Shown here in pieces: positions 1-8,202 of a stretch of 64,000 bases of DNA. The stretch is from Thermoanaerobaculia bacterium (GTDB taxonomy: Bacteria > Acidobacteriota > Thermoanaerobaculia > UBA5066). Each line of letters begins with the position of its first letter. Positions within the stretch are counted from its first letter, which is position 1. The notes beneath the pieces are model-generated. The model worked only from the letters and a program-made list of their open reading frames with translations. It was not told the DNA's origin and did not search any database. The DNA lies in NCBI GenBank assembly GCA_038245905.1, contig JBBRRY010000016.1:4955-68954 (forward strand), in the 5' to 3' direction. Made by a program: the position numbers and the translations under genes.

Positions 1-1451
1 TAGAACCGGTAGAAGAGGCTCGCCGCGAGCTGCCGGGACGCGCGGCCCACGTCGAATCCGAAGTCGATCGAAAGCGACCGCGCGACCGTGACGCCGAGGC
101 CACCCGTGAATCGGTCGTCCGCGCGCCCGCCGTCGAAGATGGAGGCGACAGCCGCGGAGTACGGCGGATCGGTGATCGGGAAAGGCGTCCCCGAGGCGTC
201 GCGCGCCGCGAGGCTTGCCGTGGCGCCGTGTGCGGGCTCGCGGTGGTAGCCCACGCGGAATGCGAGGCGCGCGCCCTTCGCGCTCGCGACATACTCGAAT
301 CCGACGCGCGGAATGAAGACGTCCCGCGCGGGAGAGACATCCGCGAGGATGGGTTTGTCCAACGGGAATCCGGACGGACCGACGAGTCCCAAATACGACT
401 CTACCGGCAGCGGACGGTCGAAGATGTCGCCGTACGCGACCCATTGCACCTCGGCGGCGATCGTGAGGCCCGGCATCGGATGGGCGGCGAGTCCCGCGGC
501 CGCGTCGCGCGGGACGCGGAACGAGAACGGCCGCAACGTCTGCCCGGCGAGCGCGGTCGGCACGTCGCCGCCGATCACGAGCGTCCCGTCGTTGCGCGGC
601 GACGACCGGTAGGCGGCACCGAACGTGAGCGCCCCGTCGGCGAGGAGGTCGGCGTGGATCCCGACGAGGTAGCCGACCTTCGTGCCGGAGACGCCGTCGA
701 CGCGCATCGTGACCGTGCGGATGTCCTCCGCGGTCGGCGAGGAGAACGTGCGGCTCGTGATGCGGTGCGGCCCCGCCATGTCGCCGTCGAGGTCGAAGGA
801 CGCGCGGTTCAGCGTGACGCCGCCGCCCACGCGCACCCGCTCGGAGACGCGGTACGCGAGCGACAGGCCGACGAGCCTGTTGCGGAGGCTCACGGACCCG
901 AACTCGCGGTACTGGAAGAGAAAGTCCCGTCGGGCCACGTCGCCCGTACGGTTGTCCCGAAACTCGAAATACTGATATCCGGCATCCCCGGCGTCTCCCT
1001 CAAAACGAAGGTTCTCGGCGTACGTCAGCGCGGCAACGAGGCGGCGCGAGATCGGAACGACGACGCCCGCGAAGTCGACCGAGGCGGCCCGTGCGTCGCG
1101 GTCCACGTTTGTCGTTTCGATCGCCGGATACGGCGCCGTGAGGCTGCCCGTCGACGTCGAACGCGCCGTGACGAGCCCGAGCGTCGAGTCCGCCCGCTTC
1201 CCGGAGACCGCAAACTCGATCGAGGAAATGAGCCCGAGCCCGGCGGGGTTGACGAGCGCCGCGGTCGCGTCGTCCGCGATCGCCGTGAACGCGCCCCCCA
1301 TGGCGATCGACTTCCCGCCCGGGTTCGTCAGGTTGAAGCTCACCTTCGCGAGCAGCGCCGAATCGGTCTGCGCGAACGCGGAAGAAGGCGCGAGTGCCGC
1401 GAGGACCCCGAAAAGTGCGCACCCCGCGGCGTGCCCTGGGGTTCGAATCAT
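1..1451 (-). CDS. FadL/OmpP1-family outer-membrane transporter for long-chain fatty acids or hydrophobic compounds; the 3' end and stop codon run off the window start
   Basis: Minus-strand translation from ATG (cat at 1449-1451) gives MIRTPGHAAGCALFGVLAALAPSSAFAQTDS (signal peptide), then NPGGKSIAMGGAFTAIADDATAALVNPAGL, which is the FadL hallmark (GGAFxAxADDA...NPAGL). The last residues at the window edge are ...SLFYRF, and a C-terminal Phe is typical of outer-membrane beta-barrels. The gene is absent from the ORF track because its stop lies outside the window. Confidence 0.75.
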   Translation of the reverse strand, partial: MIRTPGHAAGCALFGVLAALAPSSAFAQTDSALLAKVSFNLTNPGGKSIAMGGAFTAIADDATAALVNPAGLGLISSIEFAVSGKRADSTLGLVTARSTSTGSLTAPYPAIETTNVDRDARAASVDFAGVVVPISRRLVAALTYAENLRFEGDAGDAGYQYFEFRDNRTGDVARRDFLFQYREFGSVSLRNRLVGLSLAYRVSERVRVGGGVTLNRASFDLDGDMAGPHRITSRTFSSPTAEDIRTVTMRVDGVSGTKVGYLVGIHADLLADGALTFGAAYRSSPRNDGTLVIGGDVPTALAGQTLRPFSFRVPRDAAAGLAAHPMPGLTIAAEVQWVAYGDIFDRPLPVESYLGLVGPSGFPLDKPILADVSPARDVFIPRVGFEYVASAKGARLAFRVGYHREPAHGATASLAARDASGTPFPITDPPYSAAVASIFDGGRADDRFTGGLGVTVARSLSIDFGFDVGRASRQLAASLFYRF

Positions 1452-1476
1452 CGTCGTGAGTCTCCCATTTCCGGCG

Positions 1477-2934
1477 TCAGCGAGTCAGCGCGTCGGCGAG
1501 CGCACCGGGCGTCGCAAAAGGCTCTGAGAGCAGGACCGTGGCTCCGCTCGTCACCGAGACGGCTCGTTCTACCGTGCGCCCCCCCGGGCCGGGGCCCGCG
1601 AGGACGACGCGATAACTGCCGGGAGCGAGGTCCGAGACGAGTAGAGGGGTCGTCGCGTTCGCCGGGAGCGGTACCGAATTCCCGGAGCCGGCTTCCACGA
1701 GCGAGACGACGCGCGCGAAAGGCAGGCCGAGGATCTGCAGACGCCCCGCCAGGAGCACTGCCGGCGAGGGAGTGAGGGACGGGGCCGCGGCCGCTGTGGC
1801 CACGGGGCTCCGGTCCGGTTTCGCGGCCCGGCGCTCGACCGGACTGGCCGACGGTCTCACGCGGGCCGCCCACCACGACACCGAAACGACGAGGAGGATG
1901 CCGGCCGCCGCGAGCCATGCGAGAAGGCGTGTCTCGTGGAGCGGACGCGAGGTCTCGGTGCCCCGCTTCGCGCCTTCGCCCGGCGAGACGCCCACAAGCT
2001 CGGTTCCGCTCGTCGCCTCGCTCGTGCCTCCGCCGGGCGGCATTCGCTCGATCCCGGGGGGGAGGCGCGTCGCGCCCGCGTCACGGAGCACGGCCACGAG
2101 GCGGTCCACGATCTCGCGCCAGCTCGCCGGCCGGTCCTCCCGCCGCTTCTCGAGCATCTGTCCGACGAGGCGCACGAGGGGTACCGGCAGCGACGGCGCG
2201 TCCGACGGCGCCGCCACCGGCGGCGCGACGGCGTTGAGGTGGGCGGCGATGTACTCGACGGGAGCCTTGCCCTCGAATGGGCGCTGGCCCGCGAGCACCT
2301 GGTAGAAGATCACGCCCAGGCTGTATACGTCACTCCGCCAGTCGAGCGCCGCGCCGTGCCCGAGCGAGCCGAGCTGCTCTGGCGATCCGTAGGCGACCTT
2401 GCCGAGGAAGAACCCTGTCGCGGTCAGGGACTCCAGGCCCGTCGACTTCTCGAAAAGCTTCGCGACGCCGAAATCGAGGAGCTTGACGAGCCGGTCGCCG
2501 CCGCGCTCGATGACGAGGATGTTGTCGGGCGACAGGTCGCGGTGCACGATTCCGCGTGACGCGAGGTATGCGAGCCCGTGAGCCGCCTGCACGAGGAGCG
2601 GAACCGTCTCCGTCCACGGCCGGCCCGCGAAGGAGGTCAGAGGCACGCCGTCGAGGTACTCCATCGCGAGCCAGGGCGTCCCGTCCTCCTCGCCGATCTC
2701 GAAGAACGAGACGACGTTCACGTGCAGGAGGCTCTTGAGGATCGCCGCCTCGCGATCGAAGCGCACGCGCGCCTCCTTGAGGTGCGCCGACGATTCGTCT
2801 CCCGGCGCCTCCGCCTCGCGAATGACCTTCAGGGCGACAGTGCGGCCGTCCCGCTCGTCCACGGCCTGGTAGACGATTCCCATGCCACCGCGGCCGATCC
2901 GCTTCAGGATGCGGAAATGGGCGATGCGCTCGAC
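1477..2934 (-). CDS. Hanks-type Ser/Thr protein kinase with a single TM helix and an extracellular PEGA-like domain
   Basis: GRGGMGIVYQA (G-loop), ALKVI (catalytic Lys), HRDLSPDNILV (catalytic loop), DFGVAK (DFG) and GSPEQ (APE-like) motifs are present. A TM segment LLAWLAAAGILLVVSVSWWAA is followed by a beta-rich extracellular tail. The start is probably GTG near 2934 or ATG at 2883, 17 nt after the stop of the upstream gene. Confidence 0.85.
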   Translation of the reverse strand, partial: VERIAHFRILKRIGRGGMGIVYQAVDERDGRTVALKVIREAEAPGDESSAHLKEARVRFDREAAILKSLLHVNVVSFFEIGEEDGTPWLAMEYLDGVPLTSFAGRPWTETVPLLVQAAHGLAYLASRGIVHRDLSPDNILVIERGGDRLVKLLDFGVAKLFEKSTGLESLTATGFFLGKVAYGSPEQLGSLGHGAALDWRSDVYSLGVIFYQVLAGQRPFEGKAPVEYIAAHLNAVAPPVAAPSDAPSLPVPLVRLVGQMLEKRREDRPASWREIVDRLVAVLRDAGATRLPPGIERMPPGGGTSEATSGTELVGVSPGEGAKRGTETSRPLHETRLLAWLAAAGILLVVSVSWWAARVRPSASPVERRAAKPDRSPVATAAAAPSLTPSPAVLLAGRLQILGLPFARVVSLVEAGSGNSVPLPANATTPLLVSDLAPGSYRVVLAGPGPGGRTVERAVSVTSGATVLLSEPFATPGALADALTR

Positions 2935-2953
2935 GGCGCCGGCTGCCAACCCG

Positions 2954-5900
2954 TCACCGTCCCGTGCCGGCCGACGCCGGACGCAGGAAGATGTTGGCCG
3001 GGTCGCCCGACACGACGTCGATCTTCGAGGCGAAGGCCAGGAATACGCCGTCGCCGCCCACCTGCCGCACGACGATGCGCACGTCGGTGAGCTCCGAGAG
3101 GTTGAGGCCGAGGATGCTGTGGAACAGCTCGTCCGAGACATAGCCGTTCGGCGGAATCCGCTTAGGGGCGGTGGCGATCGGCACGAACGACCCGGGCAGG
3201 TACGCCGCAATGACGACGTCGCAGTACGAGCCACCGACCTCGTTCAGGATGAGATTCGTGCGGTAGGCAGACGAGCTCTCGGCCCCGTCGAATTCCATCG
3301 TCCCGAGGTTCGACTGGAAGGAAGAGTATCCGTGTCGGTACGAGTAACCTTCCATGCCGGTCTTGAAATCCCCAATGCCGGTCGAAGGCGACACGGTGTA
3401 GGCCTCGGTCTGGACGTCCACGTCCGCCCAGCCCTGCTTGCAGCACGTGCCGTCGCTGTTCGCGACGTTCGCGATCTCGATGTGACCGTAAGTGCCTGAA
3501 AGCGGGGGAAGACCGAACAGATCTTCGAGAACGTCCTCATAAGAAAAGACCGTTCCTCGGCCCAGCGACTGCACACCAGACGTGACGTGGGGAGCGTTAG
3601 GATCGCTGTCGATGTAGGTCAGTGCCACGTTGTGCTGGGTCGTGCCGGTGTTCGTGAGGGTGATGCGCGTCCTCCAGAAGGGCCTGGATCCGTCCTCCAG
3701 AGGCGCGCCTCCCGCGTGGACCGCGGGAAACGAAAGCGGGGGCGGGAAGCCGCCCTGCGGCAGGCTCGCGAGCGCGGCTCGCGTCTGTGAGCCCGCCGTC
3801 ACTCCCACGGCCAGGCCCAAAAGGGGCTGGAGGCCGATCTTTGTGACGCCCACATGAAGCGAGGAATCCTGCGTGCGGTTGTCGATAACGGTGGCCATTC
3901 CGACGACGGAGCCTTTCGTTCCGCCCGCCGGGTCCGCCGCGCTGTTGTCCCTCCACGTGATTTGGGCGTACGCGTAGGACTTTGGGAGTGGCACGGCATC
4001 GAAGAGGTCCACGTCGTCGAAGAGCTGGACGGTCGAATTCGCGGGAATCGTCCGATCGAGGCTCACCGGGAGGCCGTTCTTCAGGATGCGATTGAAATCC
4101 CCGTCGAAGAGGTCGATGAGGACTCGAGTGTCGAACCCCGATGTCTCGAGGAGGAGCAGGTTCGACCGGCGGTTCGCGTCATGGGCGAGGCCCGACACCC
4201 AGTACAGCGGGTCGCTCTGTTTCACTCCTTCGCCCGGAACCGTCGGTCGCATTTCGAAGCCGTACTGTCCGGTTGCCGGCGTGGTTCCGGCCAGGGTTTG
4301 GCGTGAGGCGTTTCGCGCCGCCACCGTGGCCGGGAGCGGCCGGTTGTTGACGAGGGCGGTGGCCGTCAGCGTGGGCGCCGTCGAGCGCACTTCGACGGTG
4401 AACGCCCCTTCGGAGCCGAGGAGCGTCCCGACGACGTTGCGGTAGCGGCGGGTCTCGCCGGCCGCAAGCGTGAGGTCGTAGCGGCGGAGCGCCGAGCCGT
4501 CACCCGGCGCCCCCACCGGGTTGAAAAGTAACGAGACAGGAACCGGAGTCACGGCGTCGGAGTTCGTGAGCCACAGGTCCGCCGCGTAGCGACCGACGCT
4601 TCGCGCGTCGATCGCGTTCGGAAAGGCGGCATAGAGAAGCCTCGTGCGTGCGGCGGCCGCAGGCGTCGCGCCCGCTCCCGTCGCGGCAGGCGCGAGCGCG
4701 GGACCGTCGTCCGAAACGAGAATCGACTCCGGGTTGTCCGGAAAGCCGATCGTGGTGAGAGCGACGGCGCCCACTTCGGTTCCCGTGCCCGAGCGCCTCC
4801 TCGCACGATCCACGACAAGCTGGATCGTTCGCGTCTCGCGTGCGCCGAGCGGGCGATCCCACTGAAGTCCGTCGAGAGACACCAAGGACAGCCACGGGGC
4901 GCGCACGGTCGCGACAAAGGATACGGCGAAATCCGACGGATTCACGATCGCGCGGAGAACCGCACTTCCGTCCCGATCGATATCCGCCGCCGCGTCGCTC
5001 CAGACCACTCTCGCCTTCGAGGGTTCGGCCGTGAGCATGCAGTCGACGGGCACGGTCAACAGTACATTGCCCGCCGTGAGAGTAATCAAGGCGTGCACCG
5101 GACGCACGAGCGCCGTGACGTAGAGCGAGGTCACGCCGATCGACTGCGACGCGTTCGGAGCCAGCGAGAAGGAATCCGGGCTGACGACAAATCCGCTGTC
5201 GTCAGGTTTCGCGCGCACGAGGATCGGATCCGTGCCTCCATTGCGCACGGTGAACGAAGTCGTCGGGTGGGTGCCGGGGGCCGGCACGAGCGCCGCGATC
5301 GGCGCGGGCTCGGAGATGAGCTGGAGGGCGGGCGTCAGGACGTTTCCAACCGTCACGCGCAGGGCGGGGGACCACGGTCCGACGGACCCGCAGGTCGCCT
5401 CGGCGCGCACCTGATAGACGAAGTCGCCCGGAGGGCCTGTGAAGGACGACGCGCCGCCCTCGACCACCCATTCGCTCGCGTTGACCGAGGCGGCGGATGT
5501 CTCGCGGATGCGGAACTTCAGGCCCGTCAGTCCACCGCCCGGACCCGCGCCGATGCCGAGCGTGTTCCAGGTGACGACCCACGTGGAGAAAGCGGGAGGG
5601 TTCGCCGGGGCCGAGACGAGCTCCCCGACGGACGGAGGAACGTCGCATTCGGACTTCACCGCTATGGCGAGGACGTTCGAGACGATTGCGGCGACCGCCG
5701 GGGGCGAGCCGACGGGCGAACAGGATGACTTCACGACGATGCGGTGGTAGAGGACCTTCGCGCTCGCAGGTCCGGGCCCGAGCGTGATCGCCGAGCGCGT
5801 CGTGACGGACTGATCGAGGCCCGACGAGAAGGACGGCTCCGAGGAGCGCTCGACGACGTAGGTGTCGGCGTTCGCAGAGACGGGAGCCGAGGAAGCCGTG

Positions 5901-6079
5901 AAGACGTTCGTCCACGAGAGGGAATACGACTCCCCCGCCTGGACCCCGGCGGGTCCCGTCAGGACGGGAGCCGGGACCGGGCAGGGCGCCCCGGGAGCGC
6001 CCGGAGCCCACGCGGCCGCCAAGGCTCCGAGCAGAGCCGCTCCGAGGGCCGACCGCGAAAGCCGGGAATTCGAACTCAT
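2954..6079 (-). CDS. Large secreted protein (1041 aa) of unknown function, beta-rich with Ig/FN3-like repeats, lying directly upstream of the kinase
   Basis: Intact 1041-aa ORF whose N-terminus MSSNSRLSRSALGAALLGALAAAWAPGAPGAP is a signal peptide. Composition is Ser/Thr/Gly/Val-rich with repeated beta-strand-like segments, and I recognise no catalytic motif. It sits on the same strand 17 nt upstream of the Ser/Thr kinase. Confidence 0.6.
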   Translation of the reverse strand: MSSNSRLSRSALGAALLGALAAAWAPGAPGAPCPVPAPVLTGPAGVQAGESYSLSWTNVFTASSAPVSANADTYVVERSSEPSFSSGLDQSVTTRSAITLGPGPASAKVLYHRIVVKSSCSPVGSPPAVAAIVSNVLAIAVKSECDVPPSVGELVSAPANPPAFSTWVVTWNTLGIGAGPGGGLTGLKFRIRETSAASVNASEWVVEGGASSFTGPPGDFVYQVRAEATCGSVGPWSPALRVTVGNVLTPALQLISEPAPIAALVPAPGTHPTTSFTVRNGGTDPILVRAKPDDSGFVVSPDSFSLAPNASQSIGVTSLYVTALVRPVHALITLTAGNVLLTVPVDCMLTAEPSKARVVWSDAAADIDRDGSAVLRAIVNPSDFAVSFVATVRAPWLSLVSLDGLQWDRPLGARETRTIQLVVDRARRRSGTGTEVGAVALTTIGFPDNPESILVSDDGPALAPAATGAGATPAAAARTRLLYAAFPNAIDARSVGRYAADLWLTNSDAVTPVPVSLLFNPVGAPGDGSALRRYDLTLAAGETRRYRNVVGTLLGSEGAFTVEVRSTAPTLTATALVNNRPLPATVAARNASRQTLAGTTPATGQYGFEMRPTVPGEGVKQSDPLYWVSGLAHDANRRSNLLLLETSGFDTRVLIDLFDGDFNRILKNGLPVSLDRTIPANSTVQLFDDVDLFDAVPLPKSYAYAQITWRDNSAADPAGGTKGSVVGMATVIDNRTQDSSLHVGVTKIGLQPLLGLAVGVTAGSQTRAALASLPQGGFPPPLSFPAVHAGGAPLEDGSRPFWRTRITLTNTGTTQHNVALTYIDSDPNAPHVTSGVQSLGRGTVFSYEDVLEDLFGLPPLSGTYGHIEIANVANSDGTCCKQGWADVDVQTEAYTVSPSTGIGDFKTGMEGYSYRHGYSSFQSNLGTMEFDGAESSSAYRTNLILNEVGGSYCDVVIAAYLPGSFVPIATAPKRIPPNGYVSDELFHSILGLNLSELTDVRIVVRQVGGDGVFLAFASKIDVVSGDPANIFLRPASAGTGR

Positions 6080-6100
6080 CCTTCTCTAGAATCCCCCTCG

Positions 6101-6967
6101 ATGCGCACTTGGGAGTGTCTCGGCGTGGGCACCTTCCCACGCGGGATCGGGTCCGCGGGGGTGATCGCAGCCCTGCTGGTCGCCCTCGCGGCTCCGCTGT
6201 CCGCGCAGGCGATTCTACCCCCCGACGCGGCCGTCAAGGCCTATCAGGCGGGGCAGGCCGCCGCCCAGCGGAAGGACTGGCCGCTCGTGATCCAGAAGAT
6301 GAACGACGCGCTGGCCACCGGACACACGCACGCAAAGCAGCACTTCGGCGCGAGCCGCTACACGGTGGACCTCTACGACCCCTATTACTGGCTGGGCGTC
6401 GCGCACATGGAGCTCGGGGAGGTTCTCGAGGCGAAGCGCAACTTTCTCCTCTCCCGGAGCGAAGGGGTCATCGACGGATTCTCGGAATCCGCGGATCTTC
6501 TCGGCCGGCTTGGGACGCTCGAGCGCCGCGAGGCACGGGAGTCCGCCCTGCGGGAGTCGCCCACGCCCGCCCCACCGGAAGCGACACCCGCGGTGCCGGC
6601 GCCTGTCCCCATGCCGGCCGCGGCCCCGACCGCTGGCCTGACGGCCCCGGACGCCGGGGCTCCAGAGGCACCGGGTGCCGCGGGAGCCGGCGCCGAGCGC
6701 ATCCTGACGCTTTTTTCGGCCGGCGACTTCGCGGGGGCCGAAGCCGGGGTCGAGAGTTTACGGCGCACGCGCCCGGACGCCCGGGAAGCGGATCTCCTCG
6801 CGTCTCTCGTTCTCGGGACGCGCTACGTCCTCGAGGGAAGGTCCGATCCGATGCTCCTCGCTCGTGCGAAGAAGGCCCTCTCTGCGTGGCGCAAGAGGGG
6901 CGGCGGGCGCCGGACGGAGGAAGCGTTTCTTTCGCCGTCGCTCCTCGCAGCGTTGAACGGAACCTGA
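6101..6967 (+). CDS. Secreted TPR-like protein
   Basis: The ATG at 6101 gives MRTWECLGVGTFPRGIGSAGVIAALLVALAAPLSAQA (signal peptide), followed by helical repeats such as DPYYWLGVAHMELGEVLEAKRNF. The 5' part of the listed ORF 5744..6967 is an antisense extension. Confidence 0.55.
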   Translation: MRTWECLGVGTFPRGIGSAGVIAALLVALAAPLSAQAILPPDAAVKAYQAGQAAAQRKDWPLVIQKMNDALATGHTHAKQHFGASRYTVDLYDPYYWLGVAHMELGEVLEAKRNFLLSRSEGVIDGFSESADLLGRLGTLERREARESALRESPTPAPPEATPAVPAPVPMPAAAPTAGLTAPDAGAPEAPGAAGAGAERILTLFSAGDFAGAEAGVESLRRTRPDAREADLLASLVLGTRYVLEGRSDPMLLARAKKALSAWRKRGGGRRTEEAFLSPSLLAALNGT

Positions 6968-6971
6968 CGCG

Positions 6972-8202
6972 TCAGCGCGCGCGCACGACCCAGGTACCGG
7001 CCGCGAGGTCCTGAAAGGCTCTCTTGTCCTTCTCGAAGAAAGCCCACACCCACCCGAGGCCCAGCGGCAGGCCCGCGAGGACGAGGACGACGGCCCGGAT
7101 CGCGGCCGCCTTCCAGCCGATGCCCCGTCCCCCGATCTCGCCGCGCTTGACGACCGTGAGCCCGAGAAGAGACTTGCCCGGCGTTCGGCCGCGCCACGCC
7201 CAGCCTCCCACGACGTACAGGGCATTCGCGAGCGCGGCCAGAAGGAACGAGAGAACCGTGATGCCTCGAAAGGCCCAGTCCGGAGCCGCGTCGCGCGTCT
7301 GGAGCTCCGCCCGGAAGTAGTCGATGAGGAAGACGGGAGCGAACAGGAGGAGATTGATCGCCGTGAGGATGACGGCATCGACGAGAGCCGCGAGGAGGCG
7401 GGCGAACGGGTTCGCCGCGTTTCGTGGGCCTTCGTTGACCGCCGGGGCCCGCCGTTCGCGAAACGCCGCCGCGCGCTGGACCGTCGCCGGACGCGGGGGC
7501 GCCTGGGACGAGCTCATCTGGATCGAGATGTCAGACAGCTCGCGCGCGGCGAGCGCCGACGGGAAAGGCTCTGCAAGCGCCGGAACACCGTCGGATGGAA
7601 CCACGGTCGAGAGGTCGTCCCCGGGCCGGAGCGCCGCCGGGAAGGCCTCGCGGAAGCCGGAACCTGACAGAGCGGGAGCACCTTTCAGGTCGGCGTCGCG
7701 GAAGAGCTCGGAGGCCGAGATTCCGTCGGGCGGGACGGCTGCCGACGGGGACTGGACCCCCGGATGCGTGCCGTCCGGAGGGGGATCGTAGGTGATCCCC
7801 GAGGGCGGCCGCGGCGCGGACGCGGGCGAAGCAGCGGGCGGAGACGCGGGCTGCGGCGGCAGGTCGTCGGGCCCGAGAAGAGCCGTGCGTTCGGACGGCA
7901 CGTTCGGCGGCAGGATGCGGAGGTCGACCACGGCCGCGCCGATCTGGATGCGGTCGCCGGTCTGGAGCCGCGTCTCGCGCGAAATCCTCTTGCCGCCCAC
8001 GTACGTGCCGTTCGAGGAGTTCAGGTCCTTGACGATCGCCTCGCCATTGTTGAGCGTGAGGAGCGCGTGCGAGCGCGAAACGGACTCGTGCTCGAGTCGT
8101 ACGGTCGACGTCCGGCTGCGGCCGAGCGTGGCCTCGCCATCCGAGAGGTCGATCTCGCGGCCCTCCACCGAGAGCACGTAACGGAAGACATCAGTCGTCA
8201 CG
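6972..8202 (-). CDS. FHA-domain protein fused to a C-terminal RDD-family membrane domain
   Basis: FHA signature: VFRYVLSVEGREIDLSDGEATLGRSRTSTVRLEHESVSRSHALLTLNNGEAIVKDLNSSNGTYVGGKRI. RDD family signature: FARLLAALVDAVILTAINLLLF...WRGRTPGKSLLGLTVV. The probable GTG start at 8200-8202 abuts the uvrA stop, and the ORF-track N-terminus upstream of that is spurious overlap with uvrA. Confidence 0.75.

Noticed and set aside
1436-1452. ggggttcgaatca, which resembles a tRNA T-arm (GGTTCGAATC)
   Set aside because: It overlaps the FadL start codon and signal-peptide coding region. No acceptor or anticodon stems are foldable around it, and no intergenic space of tRNA size exists here.
228-1775. 515-aa plus-strand ORF (and similar Arg/Gly/Pro-rich ORFs such as 5202..6140(-), 12083..13342(+), 13931..15385(-), 15685..17151(-), 18049..19653(-), 22640..23689(-), 36591..37589(-), 39731..42016(+))
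   Set aside because: These have the typical composition of antisense or out-of-frame translation in a 70% GC genome (RRRGRP-type low complexity, no motifs). Each lies opposite a strand or frame that carries a recognisable protein family.
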